From contig NZ_PQWO01000010.1 in assembly GCF_003231495.1 (NCBI RefSeq), positions 169,645 through 201,644 of the forward strand: a DNA stretch of 32,000 nt, written 5' to 3'. This document shows positions 1-8,989 of this stretch, in pieces. Each line of letters starts with the position of its first letter. The stretch's first letter is position 1. The position numbers and the translations under genes are program-made. This DNA comes from Acaryochloris thomasi RCC1774 (GTDB lineage: Bacteria; Cyanobacteriota; Cyanobacteriia; Thermosynechococcales; Thermosynechococcaceae). The notes under the pieces are model-generated. The model was not told the DNA's origin. It searched no databases and was given only the letters and a program-made list of their open reading frames with translations.

Positions 1-2
1 TA

Positions 3-263
3 CCGCGCTATATCAGGACTGACACCAGTAAACTCCGCCAGATCTTGATGAATTTGCTCGGGAATGCCCTCAAGTTTACCGCTCAGGGCACAGTACACCT
101 GACAGCCCAAGTCAACAAAGATCTAAACAACCGTCGTGCAGGACAAAGAACGAACGCTGCAGCTGATTGCCAACCTTCCCTCTGGGCAGCAAGCGTTGAG
201 CCAGGCGCTGCGCCAGTTAGCAGGCAGCTTTCGCTTCGATGTGATCATGACTCAACTGGATAA
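3..263 (+). CDS. Sensor histidine kinase fragment. The 5' end lies outside the window. Only the HATPase N-box is present, so the gene is probably degenerate.
   Basis: The frame entering at the window edge reads DTSKLRQILMNLLGNALKFTAQGTVHL, a classic HK N-box. The expected DxGxG (G1) and G2 boxes do not follow in any frame before the stop at 263. Confidence 0.5.
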   Translation, partial: PRYIRTDTSKLRQILMNLLGNALKFTAQGTVHLTAQVNKDLNNRRAGQRTNAAADCQPSLWAASVEPGAAPVSRQLSLRCDHDSTG

Positions 264-297
264 AATTTTCCCCACCAGTTCTTGCCTTTGAACCACG

Positions 298-789
298 CTA
301 TTGAGCAGGCACTTGGACAACGCTCCGCGGCTGGAATTCTGAAGCCGACCGCTGGCAAGTCTTGAGGCTATTTTTCTCACTGCTTCCTATAGTTCCAACA
401 GCATGGAGTTGAGATAGAGGCACATTCACCGATGAGGGCGCTTCTTCTCCCAAGGCAAGGGTTACAACCTGAAGCCGCTTGTTGATCATTTTGCCTGTAA
501 AACAGCTAAATTCGGACTGCGGGTAGTGGAAGGCCCCCACAACGCTGTGCCCCTGTCGCTGAAAAACGACATAGCCTTTTCCGACTTGGTTCGCCTGGGC
601 CGACTCGCCATACAGGTAGGTTTGGGTCTCCAGACTCTGGTTTGCTTCAGGAACCAGAGTCTCTGCGAGGGCAGCGGGGGGCGTCAACCTCACAATACTC
701 AGCATAAAGATTGTCCCAATGGTTAATGCTTGGCGGTGACTAGCGGCAAAAGCCTTAATTTTGGGGAACACCATCTCTTCTCTCCTCAT
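298..789 (-). CDS. Hypothetical secreted or membrane-anchored protein
   Basis: 163-aa ORF with an N-terminal hydrophobic segment (LTIGTIFMLSIVRLTPPAALA). No recognisable catalytic motif. An alternative start lies at 774. Confidence 0.5.
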   Translation of the reverse strand: MRREEMVFPKIKAFAASHRQALTIGTIFMLSIVRLTPPAALAETLVPEANQSLETQTYLYGESAQANQVGKGYVVFQRQGHSVVGAFHYPQSEFSCFTGKMINKRLQVVTLALGEEAPSSVNVPLSQLHAVGTIGSSEKNSLKTCQRSASEFQPRSVVQVPAQ

Positions 790-904
790 CCAGTGGTGTC
801 ACCATCTTCAGAGATTTAAGACGATCAAGCAGTGACCTCAGGCGACCCATCCTGTGTGCTGCATCAGGCTGCATCGTGATAGAAATCACAGGCTACAGTG
901 AGGG

Positions 905-1756
905 TCAGTCGGTCCCTAGCATGACCGATGATTTAGCCTGACTGGATTCTTGGGTCGCCAGACTACGTCGCATTGATTCAACGAAACGGCTGACGCGAAT
1001 GGGATCGACGGGCTGGTCAATCTGACCGTGACGCTTCAAAGAGCTGGAGATAATCACGCCGTTCGCGGCCTGAATGAGCTCGGGGATATTTTCCCAATCG
1101 GCACCGCTGCCGATCAAAACCGGCACCCCTTGGGCGGCAGCCATCGCCAGCTCTAAATCGCTCAGGTTAGGTGGGCTACCGGTAGCCCAGCCAGACAGAA
1201 TCACACCGTCCGCTAACCCCCGCTCGATGGTTTCCCGCACTGCCGTCGTTAGGTTGGGAGTCCCCAAGGGGCGGGCATGCTTCACCAACACGTCTGCAAA
1301 AATCTTGACGTCGCTTCCTAACTCCCGGCGATAGCGGAGTAGCCGATGGGCTTGCCCTTCAATGAGCCCCTGATCCGTTGCCATCACCCCCGTGAGCACG
1401 TTGACACGAATAAACTGAGCACCCACACAGGTTGCGATCGCCATTGCACTACAGGCATCGTTCCGCAAGACGTTGAGGCCAATGGGCAAGGTAACCAGAT
1501 TCATGACCCGCTGCACCACTAGGCTCATGGCACTCACCACGGCGGGATCAACCCGATCCTTGGGGAATGGCGCATCAAAGAAATTTTCGATAATCAGCCC
1601 ATCAACGCCACCAGCCGCTAGAGCAGCCGCTTCTTGCTCAGCCCGATCGATGACGGGCTTAAGGTTCCCGCCCCAGCGTGATGACGTGGGTAACGGAAGT
1701 AGATGGATTACCCCAATCACAGGATGAGGGGATTTAAATAGTTGCTGTAACTCCAC
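905..1756 (-). CDS. btpA: BtpA/SgcQ-family protein (photosystem I biogenesis protein BtpA)
   Basis: The length (283 aa) and the N-terminus HPVIGVIHLLPLP...GGVDGLIIENFFDAPF are typical of cyanobacterial BtpA TIM-barrel proteins. Confidence 0.85.
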   Translation of the reverse strand: MELQQLFKSPHPVIGVIHLLPLPTSSRWGGNLKPVIDRAEQEAAALAAGGVDGLIIENFFDAPFPKDRVDPAVVSAMSLVVQRVMNLVTLPIGLNVLRNDACSAMAIATCVGAQFIRVNVLTGVMATDQGLIEGQAHRLLRYRRELGSDVKIFADVLVKHARPLGTPNLTTAVRETIERGLADGVILSGWATGSPPNLSDLELAMAAAQGVPVLIGSGADWENIPELIQAANGVIISSSLKRHGQIDQPVDPIRVSRFVESMRRSLATQESSQAKSSVMLGTD

Positions 1757-1916
1757 GGATCTCTAAGTTGAACTTTTCGAGGAAGCTGGAGACAGGCAAA
1801 GAGCCTGAGGTGAACTTAGAGACATATCAACTCAAGGAATCTATTCATAAAGCAGTGTCTCGGCCTCTCAGCATAGCAGCCTATCTGTACAGTATATATT
1901 TCTGTGGAGCGAATTC

Positions 1917-2477
1917 TTGAATCAGGCAACAGCCGCCATTGCTCTGGGCAGCAATCTCGGCAATTCTCTAGAAACTTTGCAGGCTGCCGTCCAGCAAATC
2001 GGTGCAAGCCCAGGATTTCGGCTAACCAACCAGTCTCACTGGTATAGAACTCAAGCGGTGGGGCCACCACAGCCCAGCTATATCAATGGCTGCCTGCTGC
2101 TCCAGACCCATCATCCACCATCACAGATTTTACAGAGATTGCTCGACATTGAGCTACAGTTCGGGCGTGTGCGCCAGCAACACTGGGGCCCCCGCACATT
2201 GGATCTTGACCTACTGCTCTATGACCAGGTTGTCATGGAGACCCCTGCACTGACTCTGCCACACCCGAGACTGCATGAGCGGGCCTTTGTTCTCGTTCCG
2301 CTCGCTGAAATTTTGCCGACCTGGGTTCACCCCATCCTAGGAACGCAGGCTGCCGAAGAAGAGGGTCTGCCAAACCCCGGGCTTACCCAAAGGCAATCTT
2401 GGACCATTGCACAGCTCAGGCAAGCGATAGACTGTACAGGCGTCGAACGTTTGCCTCCACGTCTGGAGGCAACTTGA
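1917..2477 (+). CDS. folK: 2-amino-4-hydroxy-6-hydroxymethyldihydropteridine diphosphokinase (HPPK)
   Basis: HPPK signatures are AIALGSNLG near the N-terminus, GPRTLDLDLLLY, and LTLPHPRLHERAFVLVPLAEI. The ORF uses a TTG start. Confidence 0.85.
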   Translation: MNQATAAIALGSNLGNSLETLQAAVQQIGASPGFRLTNQSHWYRTQAVGPPQPSYINGCLLLQTHHPPSQILQRLLDIELQFGRVRQQHWGPRTLDLDLLLYDQVVMETPALTLPHPRLHERAFVLVPLAEILPTWVHPILGTQAAEEEGLPNPGLTQRQSWTIAQLRQAIDCTGVERLPPRLEAT

Positions 2478-2573
2478 ACGGTTCCTCGCCCTGACATATA
2501 CGCCCTCCAAATTTTTCTGTCTGAAAGACTTTGACGCTTCGGACTGCTAGCTCTGCAGGCCAGGGCCAAAGAC

Positions 2574-3161
2574 ATGACCACTGTTGCCCTTTTCAATCTC
2601 TTCACGCCTATGTCCCTTTCTCTTGAACCACCAGAAATTCTGCAGCAAAAGCTTTTTTGCAATGCCCGCAAGTTTTCGTTTGAGATTAATCATTTGAGGC
2701 TTCCCAATGGCTCAACGGGAGATTGGGCCTGTGTTCGACATCCGGGGGGAGCGATGGCGGTGCCGGTGCTAGAAGACGGCAGGTTTGTCTTGGTGAAACA
2801 GTATCGTTTTGCCCTGCAGGGCCGCTTGCTAGAATTCCCGGCGGGTACCGTGGAGATCGAGGAAGAACCCTTTGTGACAATCCAGCGCGAGATTCAGGAG
2901 GAAACGGGGTATAAGGCCCACCGCTGGCAGCCACTGGCGGAGTTCCCGCTGGCACCGGGCTATTCTGATGAGATTATCTATGCCTACTTGGCGCAGGATC
3001 TAGAGCGGTTAGAGACGCCACCCGCCCAAGATGAAGATGAGGATATTGAGACCGTCTTGATGACGGCGGACGAACTGGAAACGGCCATTCGGAGCGGTGA
3101 ATCTATCGATGCAAAAACGATCTGTACGTTTTTTATGGCTCGCTCGCTGCTAAAGCTTTAG
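2574..3161 (+). CDS. NUDIX hydrolase (ADP-ribose pyrophosphatase-like)
   Basis: A Nudix box GX5EX7REUXEEXGU is readable as GTVEIEEEPFVTIQREIQEETGY. A possible alternative start lies at 2610. Confidence 0.85.
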   Translation: MTTVALFNLFTPMSLSLEPPEILQQKLFCNARKFSFEINHLRLPNGSTGDWACVRHPGGAMAVPVLEDGRFVLVKQYRFALQGRLLEFPAGTVEIEEEPFVTIQREIQEETGYKAHRWQPLAEFPLAPGYSDEIIYAYLAQDLERLETPPAQDEDEDIETVLMTADELETAIRSGESIDAKTICTFFMARSLLKL

Positions 3162-3837
3162 CCAGATCGCGCGTGAGCTGCTCCAGCACCTGCAGTCCTT
3201 TCAAGGATCCGCGAATCAGTCGGATTGCCCCTGCCGGTTGACGGAGCATGCCAACGGCCATCGGCAAGGGTTGGAGCTTCCCTTCGGGACTGATGGCAGA
3301 GGAAAGGTCGGGCAAGTCATGATGGAGGTCGTCGCTGACCACTCGCAGCATGGCGACGGGAATATTATGCTGCTGCAGCACGTCTAAGGCAGCAAAGCCT
3401 TCCATATCGACAACATCGGCCCGATAGTGGTCGGCTAAAGCCTGTTTTTCCTGGGACTGATGGATGATGCGATCGCAAGTCAAAGCCACCCCTTCCGTAG
3501 CGACTAGGCCATCTTTCAAACGCATCGTCCAGAGATGATCGCAAGGCAATCGGCGTACATCCGTTGCCCGACCATCTAGACAGGCTTGATAAATTACGGG
3601 AGCACCCACCCCCAGATCAGAACGGAGACTACCGCAGAGCCCCATCATTAGGACGGCCGCCCCCGGAGAAGAAGCCCACGGATCAGTCCTGCACCAGTCC
3701 TGCAAAAAAGCCGCTACCGGCCCCGGCCCCACCGGGAGCGCAACCGGCTCTGGACAAAGCACAGCCCCTCGTAGTCCCCTGCAGACTGCCTGATACTCAG
3801 CCCCTTGCGGAACTAAAAACCTGGATTGCATCGTCAT
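3133..3837 (-). CDS. Phosphorylase-superfamily (PNP_UDP_1 / MTA-SAH nucleosidase-like) protein, possibly the hopanoid-associated phosphorylase HpnG
   Basis: Motifs VLMMGLCGSL and ADVVDMEGFAA...PVAMLRVVSDD match the nucleoside phosphorylase fold. The gene is divergently adjacent to squalene synthase. Confidence 0.6.
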   Translation of the reverse strand: MTMQSRFLVPQGAEYQAVCRGLRGAVLCPEPVALPVGPGPVAAFLQDWCRTDPWASSPGAAVLMMGLCGSLRSDLGVGAPVIYQACLDGRATDVRRLPCDHLWTMRLKDGLVATEGVALTCDRIIHQSQEKQALADHYRADVVDMEGFAALDVLQQHNIPVAMLRVVSDDLHHDLPDLSSAISPEGKLQPLPMAVGMLRQPAGAIRLIRGSLKGLQVLEQLTRDLAKALAASEP

Positions 3838-3963
3838 GCACTAAGACCCCTCGCATGGTTACGAGTGCCAGCGGCAGAGACAGCCCCAAGGCAGGCTAAA
3901 GTCAGCAGACGTGGACGGACCTGTGCTATCTTCCCTGGATATAGTAATAAATACCGACGAGCA

Positions 3964-3985
3964 TTCATTCTGATCTGAGAATGAA
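3964..3985. promoter_or_regulatory. Near-perfect 22-bp palindrome in the divergent promoter region; candidate operator
   Basis: TTCATTCTGA-TC-TGAGAATGAA pairs at 9 of 10 positions. It lies between the divergent starts at 3837 (minus) and 4076 (plus). Confidence 0.25.
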
Positions 3986-4075
3986 CGAGATGGACTGTAC
4001 TCAAGGTATATTTCATTAACCGTTGTGGTTGGGTGTGATTATTTTAATTTTGGTTTAAAGCGGGAGTGAACGGTT

Positions 4076-5146
4076 ATGTTACAGATAGCACAGGAATTAT
4101 CGATCGATCAGAAGCAGGTCGAGAAGTTTTGCCAAGAAATTTTGCCTCAGGTGTCCCGCACCTTTGCAATCAGCATCCGATTCTTACCCGGCAATCTCGG
4201 GCGCTCTGTTCTTTGTGGCTACCTACTTTGCCGCATTGCCGACACCATTGAAGACGACCCGGTTGCCACAGTTGAGACCAAAATTCGTCTCCTTGACTGT
4301 TTCCTCAACTGCTTTGAGGATCCCAGCGTTGCCAACGCCTTCCCACAATCCATTGAGCATTTAGAGGGGGAAGCAGCTCATCTATTGTTAGTGGAGCACA
4401 CTGATTTAGTCTTTGCCCTCTACCGCAGTTTGACAGAGCAATCCCAGCAAACCCTCCGTCACTGGGTCACCGAGATGGTGCAGGGAATGCAGAAATTTGT
4501 CCATCGCTATCCTCAGGGGATTCGGATCAAGACCTTAGAGGAATATCAAGAGTACTGCTATTACGTGGCGGGCGTGGTCGGCTATTTGCTCACGGACCTT
4601 TGGTACGAGCATTCCCCCAGCGTCGATTTTGAGATCTATCACGTACTGCGGCAAACCTGCGCGGCCTTTGGTGAAGGTCTACAAACGGTCAACATCTTGA
4701 AAGACATTGCCTGGGATGCTGAACATGAGAACTCTATCTATGTGCCCCAGCAGTCTCTAGAGGCCCACGGCAGCAGTCAAGAGCTGCTACTCAGTCCTGA
4801 TCATCTTCACCAGAATCACGCGGCGATTAAGTCCTTGGTAGAACTCGCTTGGAAGGACTTGGACAAGGCGGCAGAATATCTGCTGTCAGTACCTCGATCT
4901 GCGATTCCGATTCGGTTGTTCTGCATCTTGCCTTTGGTGTTCGCCTACGGGACGCTGCGAGATATCACGAAGTCTACGGCGATGCTGGTTTCTGGCGGCA
5001 ACGTCAAGATCTCACGATCTGAGGTGAAGTCTTTGATCATGGTGGGTCCGATTGCAGCCGTTAGTAATGGTCTGATCCGCTGGCTCATTGATCAGGTGAA
5101 ACAGCAGCCTTTCCTGTGGGGTTCCAAGCCACAAGACGTGGGTTGA
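4076..5146 (+). CDS. sqs: Squalene synthase (farnesyl-diphosphate farnesyltransferase), squalene/phytoene synthase family
   Basis: Motifs are SRTFAISIRFLP, CRIADTIEDD (Asp-rich), YCYYVAGVVGYLLT and GLQTVNILKDI. The hydrophobic C-terminal region matches SQS-type rather than CrtB-type enzymes. Confidence 0.8.
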   Translation: MLQIAQELSIDQKQVEKFCQEILPQVSRTFAISIRFLPGNLGRSVLCGYLLCRIADTIEDDPVATVETKIRLLDCFLNCFEDPSVANAFPQSIEHLEGEAAHLLLVEHTDLVFALYRSLTEQSQQTLRHWVTEMVQGMQKFVHRYPQGIRIKTLEEYQEYCYYVAGVVGYLLTDLWYEHSPSVDFEIYHVLRQTCAAFGEGLQTVNILKDIAWDAEHENSIYVPQQSLEAHGSSQELLLSPDHLHQNHAAIKSLVELAWKDLDKAAEYLLSVPRSAIPIRLFCILPLVFAYGTLRDITKSTAMLVSGGNVKISRSEVKSLIMVGPIAAVSNGLIRWLIDQVKQQPFLWGSKPQDVG

Positions 5147-5222
5147 TGCCCTCTCCTTTGCCTCCTGTGGAGCACTTGAACCGAGTTCGGTAGAATAGCA
5201 GGTAAGCGTACGGCTGAATGAT

Positions 5223-5783
5223 ATGGTTACCAACTCGATTCGCTGGACAGTGCGAGATTTGGGCGCGATGCCTGATGATGGGGGCTGGAAGCGTTACGAA
5301 ATCATTGATGGAGCATTAATTGTGACCCGCGCCCCTCACTTTCGTCACCAAAGGGCCGGTGGAAATATTCACGTTGAGTTAGCAAACTGGTCTCGCAGAA
5401 CTGGACTCGGTGAGGCATGTGAAGCGCCAGGAGTTATCTTCACTGAAATGGATGCCGTGATCCCAGATGTGGTGTGGGCCAGTCACGATTGCCTAGAAAA
5501 AGGAATGGACAATGCGGGCCATTTTGTTGTTGCGCCAGAGCTGATTGTAGAGATTCTTGCTGCGGGTGAAGTAAATGAGCAAAGAGATCGTGAGGTCAAG
5601 CTGAAGCTGTACTCACTCCATGGGGTGCAGGAGTATTGGGTGGTTAACTGGCGGCTGAACAATATTGAAGTGTACCGGCGGCGAGAGATGCAGCTCCAGA
5701 AAGTAGCCACGCTGCTGCAAGAAGATAGATTGACTTCGCCTCTACTGCCAGGACTTGAATGTGAAGTTGCAACCGTTTTTTGA
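5223..5783 (+). CDS. Uma2-family (DUF820) putative endonuclease
   Basis: RYEIIDGALIV, PDVVW, APELIVEILAAGE..RD...KLKLYSLHGVQEYWVVN is the PD-(D/E)xK-like Uma2 pattern that is highly expanded in cyanobacteria. Confidence 0.85.
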   Translation: MVTNSIRWTVRDLGAMPDDGGWKRYEIIDGALIVTRAPHFRHQRAGGNIHVELANWSRRTGLGEACEAPGVIFTEMDAVIPDVVWASHDCLEKGMDNAGHFVVAPELIVEILAAGEVNEQRDREVKLKLYSLHGVQEYWVVNWRLNNIEVYRRREMQLQKVATLLQEDRLTSPLLPGLECEVATVF

Positions 5784-5873
5784 TGGTTTGCGCTGGATGG
5801 GTGTGTCTCAACACCAAGATTGGTGAAAAGTATTGGTATCTTAGATGGATATCTTTTAAAGTCATCATCCTGC

Positions 5874-7028
5874 ATGAGTAATAAACCTGCCCAACGCCCG
5901 CAATCTCCTAACTTCTCTTCTGGTCCTTGCTCTAAGCACCCCGGCTGGTCCGTGCAGTCTCTCGGTAATGCGCTGGTGGGCCGGTCTCACCGCTCCAAGC
6001 CAGGGAAAGCCCGTATCAAAGAAGTCATCGACGGCACCAAAAAGATTTTAGGCATCCCCGATGATTACCTTTGTGGCATCGTCCCTGCCTCCGATACCGG
6101 TGCTGTGGAACTAGCGATGTGGTCACTCCTAGGTGAGCGAGGTTTGGATATCTTGGCCTGGGAAAGCTTTGGTAAGGGCTGGGTTACTGATGTACAAAAG
6201 CAGCTCAAGCTGTCAGATTGTCGGGCAATGGAAGCTGACTATGGACATTTACCTGATTTATCGCAGGTGGATTGCGATCGCGACGTTGTTTTCACCTGGA
6301 ACGGCACGACTTCCGGCGTCAAAGTTCCTAACGGCGACTGGATCCCTGACAATCGCCAAGGGTTAACCATTGCTGACGCCACCTCTGCCACCTTTGCCAT
6401 GCAGATGCCCTGGTCCAAGCTTGATGTGGTCACCTGGTCCTGGCAAAAAGTGATGGGGGGCGAAGCGGCTCATGGAATGCTAGTGTTGAGCCCTCGCGCC
6501 GTCGAACGTCTAGAAAGCTATACGCCCGCTTGGCCGCTGCCCAAGATTTTCCGGCTCACCAAGGGCGGCAAGCTGATTAAGGGGATTTTTGAAGGGGCGA
6601 CCATCAATACACCGTCGATGATTTGTGTTGAGGATGCTCTAGATGGTTTGAAATGGGCTGAGAGCTTGGGTGGGCTGACCGCTTTGATCAAAAGATCAGA
6701 AGCGAATTTAGATGCGATCGCAACCTGGGTTAACCAAACCCCTTGGGCAGATTTCCTGGCCGTCGAACCCGCCACCCGCTCCAACACCTCAATCTGCTTA
6801 AAAATTGTAGATCCTTGGTACACCGCTCTACCTGCAGAGGAGCAGGCCCAAAAAGCCAAACAGATGGCAGCACTCCTAGATACCGAAGGCGTCGCCTACG
6901 ACATCGCCTCCTATCGAGATGCCCCACCCGGACTCCGCATTTGGGGTGGGGCAACTGTCGAGGCTGCCGACATTCAAGCTCTGCTGCCTTGGTTAGACTG
7001 GGCCTTCGCGGAGATCAAAGAGGGATAG
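5874..7028 (+). CDS. serC: Phosphoserine transaminase (SerC, short alpha-proteobacterial/cyanobacterial type)
   Basis: The N-terminus [25 protein letters not shown] is characteristic of this SerC subtype. I placed the start at the ATG at 5874 inside the longer ORF that begins at 5820. Confidence 0.8.
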   Translation: MSNKPAQRPQSPNFSSGPCSKHPGWSVQSLGNALVGRSHRSKPGKARIKEVIDGTKKILGIPDDYLCGIVPASDTGAVELAMWSLLGERGLDILAWESFGKGWVTDVQKQLKLSDCRAMEADYGHLPDLSQVDCDRDVVFTWNGTTSGVKVPNGDWIPDNRQGLTIADATSATFAMQMPWSKLDVVTWSWQKVMGGEAAHGMLVLSPRAVERLESYTPAWPLPKIFRLTKGGKLIKGIFEGATINTPSMICVEDALDGLKWAESLGGLTALIKRSEANLDAIATWVNQTPWADFLAVEPATRSNTSICLKIVDPWYTALPAEEQAQKAKQMAALLDTEGVAYDIASYRDAPPGLRIWGGATVEAADIQALLPWLDWAFAEIKEG

Positions 7029-7066
7029 ACTTCTTGTAAAGTAAAACAAGAATGGAGCGCGATTAA

Positions 7067-7423
7067 ATGTCAGATGCGATGAATGTGTTGGGCAGTAAAC
7101 TTGAAAGCTGCTGCACGTCTCCAATGACTGGTTTTTATCGTGACGGGCTTTGCCGCACGGGGGGCGGTGACTTTGGGGCCCATGTCGTCTGTGCTCAGAT
7201 GACAGATGACTTTCTCGCCTTTACAAAGGCAAAAGGCAATGATCTCAGCACACCATCTTCTTATTTTCCAGGGCTAAAGCCTGGAGATTGCTGGTGTCTG
7301 TGTGCCTCTCGCTGGCAAGAAGCGATGGTTGCAGGCGTCGCCCCGCCTGTGGTGTTGACGGCAACTCATGCCAGTGCCTTAGAATATGTGTCGATAGATG
7401 ATCTGCAGCAGCACGCCCTCTAG
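7067..7423 (+). CDS. DUF2237-family protein
   Basis: 118 aa reading NVLGSKLESCCTSPMTGFYRDGLCRTGGGDFGAHVVCA...CLCASRW, the Cys-rich pattern of DUF2237. The stop lies 10 nt before the next start. Confidence 0.8.
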   Translation: MSDAMNVLGSKLESCCTSPMTGFYRDGLCRTGGGDFGAHVVCAQMTDDFLAFTKAKGNDLSTPSSYFPGLKPGDCWCLCASRWQEAMVAGVAPPVVLTATHASALEYVSIDDLQQHAL

Positions 7424-7433
7424 GAACAACCCA

Positions 7434-8807
7434 ATGGCTAAAAATACACCCCCTACCTTTAATTTGCTCAGTATTGGTCACCGGGGAGTCGGTAAAACCG
7501 TTTTCTTGGCTGGTAGCTACGCCGAACTACAGTCCGGGCGGCAGGTGGAATCAAAAGATATTTGGTTTGAAGGGGCTAACGATCAGGCCCAGACGACCCT
7601 TGAAAAGCTGTTGGGTTACATGGCCCAAACAGGCCAATATCCACCCGCCACCATGAAGGTGACAGACTTTACCTTCACAGCCAAGGCACATGAGGGCCGT
7701 AAAGCTAAAACCCTCTGTGAATTTCGCTGGGCCGATATCCCGGGCGAAATTTGTCATCTCGACAATCCTAACTTTGAGTCCATGCTGCTCAAATCCCACG
7801 GCTGCTGCGTGTTTATTGACGCAGGCGCTCTGGTACAAGACCCTCAGTACTTAGCGCAGCTAGAAGATACCGTTAAGCAGGTGGAAACAATTTCTTCCTT
7901 AGCCGCTCAGAGTGGCCTTCAGTATATCTTCGCCCTGATTTTGACCAAGTGCGATCTACTTGATGCGGGGCCAGCCAAGCTGATCAAAATTGAGCAAAAG
8001 TTGCGATCGCTCACCACTCGCCTAGATGAAGCTAACACCATTTACCGTCGTTTCTATTCTTCAATCTCGATTATTCCAGCCGGTGGTACCTCAGTCGTCA
8101 AAGCAGAAGGTGCCTCGGTCCCCATTCTGTGGCTGGTCTCAGAACTGAGCAAGGTCTATCAGGCTCAAACACCCAAGAATTTGGGCAGCGGCTTTGAAAA
8201 AACGCTCTCAAATGCCCAACCAGAACCCAGCTATGCCAACAATATTTCAAGTCCTGGCCTGACTTCTAACCGTCAGACCGGCATTTTGCCCAAAGTTCTC
8301 GCCGGAGTTGCAGCGGTCGGAGTTGTCGGGGGACTCCTCTTCGGGCTGAGCAAACTACTGCCCAATAGTAGTTCAGTGATCGCGGGTAGCAGTTCTGAAA
8401 TCGGTGCGCAATATGAGAAAGCGCTGAGGGAAAATCCAGAAGATACGGAGGCACTGGCAAAGCTTGTTGAGCTACACCAAGAGCAAGAGCAATATGAACC
8501 AGCGATAGGCTACCTAGAACAGCTCATTGCTCTCAAGCCTGATGATATGAATCTCTACTTTCAGAAAGCCGGTCTGTACGCGATCATGGGTCGCAAAGAC
8601 AAAGAGGAGGCATCCTATGACGAGATTTTAGCGAGGCAGGGAAATAACGTCATGGCTTTAACAAATAAAGCGATTCTGCGCAGTACGCAAGGCGATTTGG
8701 ATACAGCAAAGACCTTGTTCGCGAAGGCAGAAGCATCCGTCCCTGAAGGGGAACTTAAACAGACAATTCAGGACGTCGCTAAAGATTGGTTAGAGGGTAC
8801 GGAATAG
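7434..8807 (+). CDS. Ras-like/TRAFAC P-loop GTPase domain, one predicted TM helix and a C-terminal TPR array
   Basis: G1 is GHRGVGKT (aa 15-22), G3 is DIPGE (aa 101-105) and G4 is TKCD (aa 171-174). The hydrophobic helix is ILPKVLAGVAAVGVVGGLLFGLS (aa ~284-306). TPR-like repeats span aa ~325-440. The start is at MAKNTPP. Confidence 0.75.
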   Translation: MAKNTPPTFNLLSIGHRGVGKTVFLAGSYAELQSGRQVESKDIWFEGANDQAQTTLEKLLGYMAQTGQYPPATMKVTDFTFTAKAHEGRKAKTLCEFRWADIPGEICHLDNPNFESMLLKSHGCCVFIDAGALVQDPQYLAQLEDTVKQVETISSLAAQSGLQYIFALILTKCDLLDAGPAKLIKIEQKLRSLTTRLDEANTIYRRFYSSISIIPAGGTSVVKAEGASVPILWLVSELSKVYQAQTPKNLGSGFEKTLSNAQPEPSYANNISSPGLTSNRQTGILPKVLAGVAAVGVVGGLLFGLSKLLPNSSSVIAGSSSEIGAQYEKALRENPEDTEALAKLVELHQEQEQYEPAIGYLEQLIALKPDDMNLYFQKAGLYAIMGRKDKEEASYDEILARQGNNVMALTNKAILRSTQGDLDTAKTLFAKAEASVPEGELKQTIQDVAKDWLEGTE

Positions 8808-8989
8808 TCCAGGCCAGCAGAGTCTCTAACAAAGTCAAGGAGAGAATAGTCACCGCCCAGGACCGAAAGGATTCATAATAAAGGCAGTGCTTCCGCGGGG
8901 GTTAGGAAACACTAACTTAAAATTTTGGCAACTCAAGTCTAGCCGCACGGATCTACCCGTAGGGGGGTGACCGTTATTGATAGGAACCT

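Noticed and set aside
3834-4251. Small ORFs 3834..4016 (minus) and 4066..4251 / 4164..4364 (plus) around the sqs start.
   Set aside because: The first lies in the divergent promoter region with odd composition. The others are alternative frames of the well-supported squalene synthase gene.
7031-7052. AT-rich hairpin TTCTTGT-N8-ACAAGAA between serC and the DUF2237 gene.
   Set aside because: It is a weak 7-bp A/T-rich stem without a U-tract. This is insufficient to call a terminator or attenuator.
8886-8913. A hairpin (AGTGCTTCC-N10-GGAAACACT) after the GTPase-TPR gene, and a second hairpin GGCACA-N7-TGTGCC at 17735..17753 after the barrel gene, considered as rho-independent terminators.
   Set aside because: The stems are short, the first has a C-A mismatch, and neither is followed by a clear T-run. 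I did not list them as terminators, though they may mark transcript ends.
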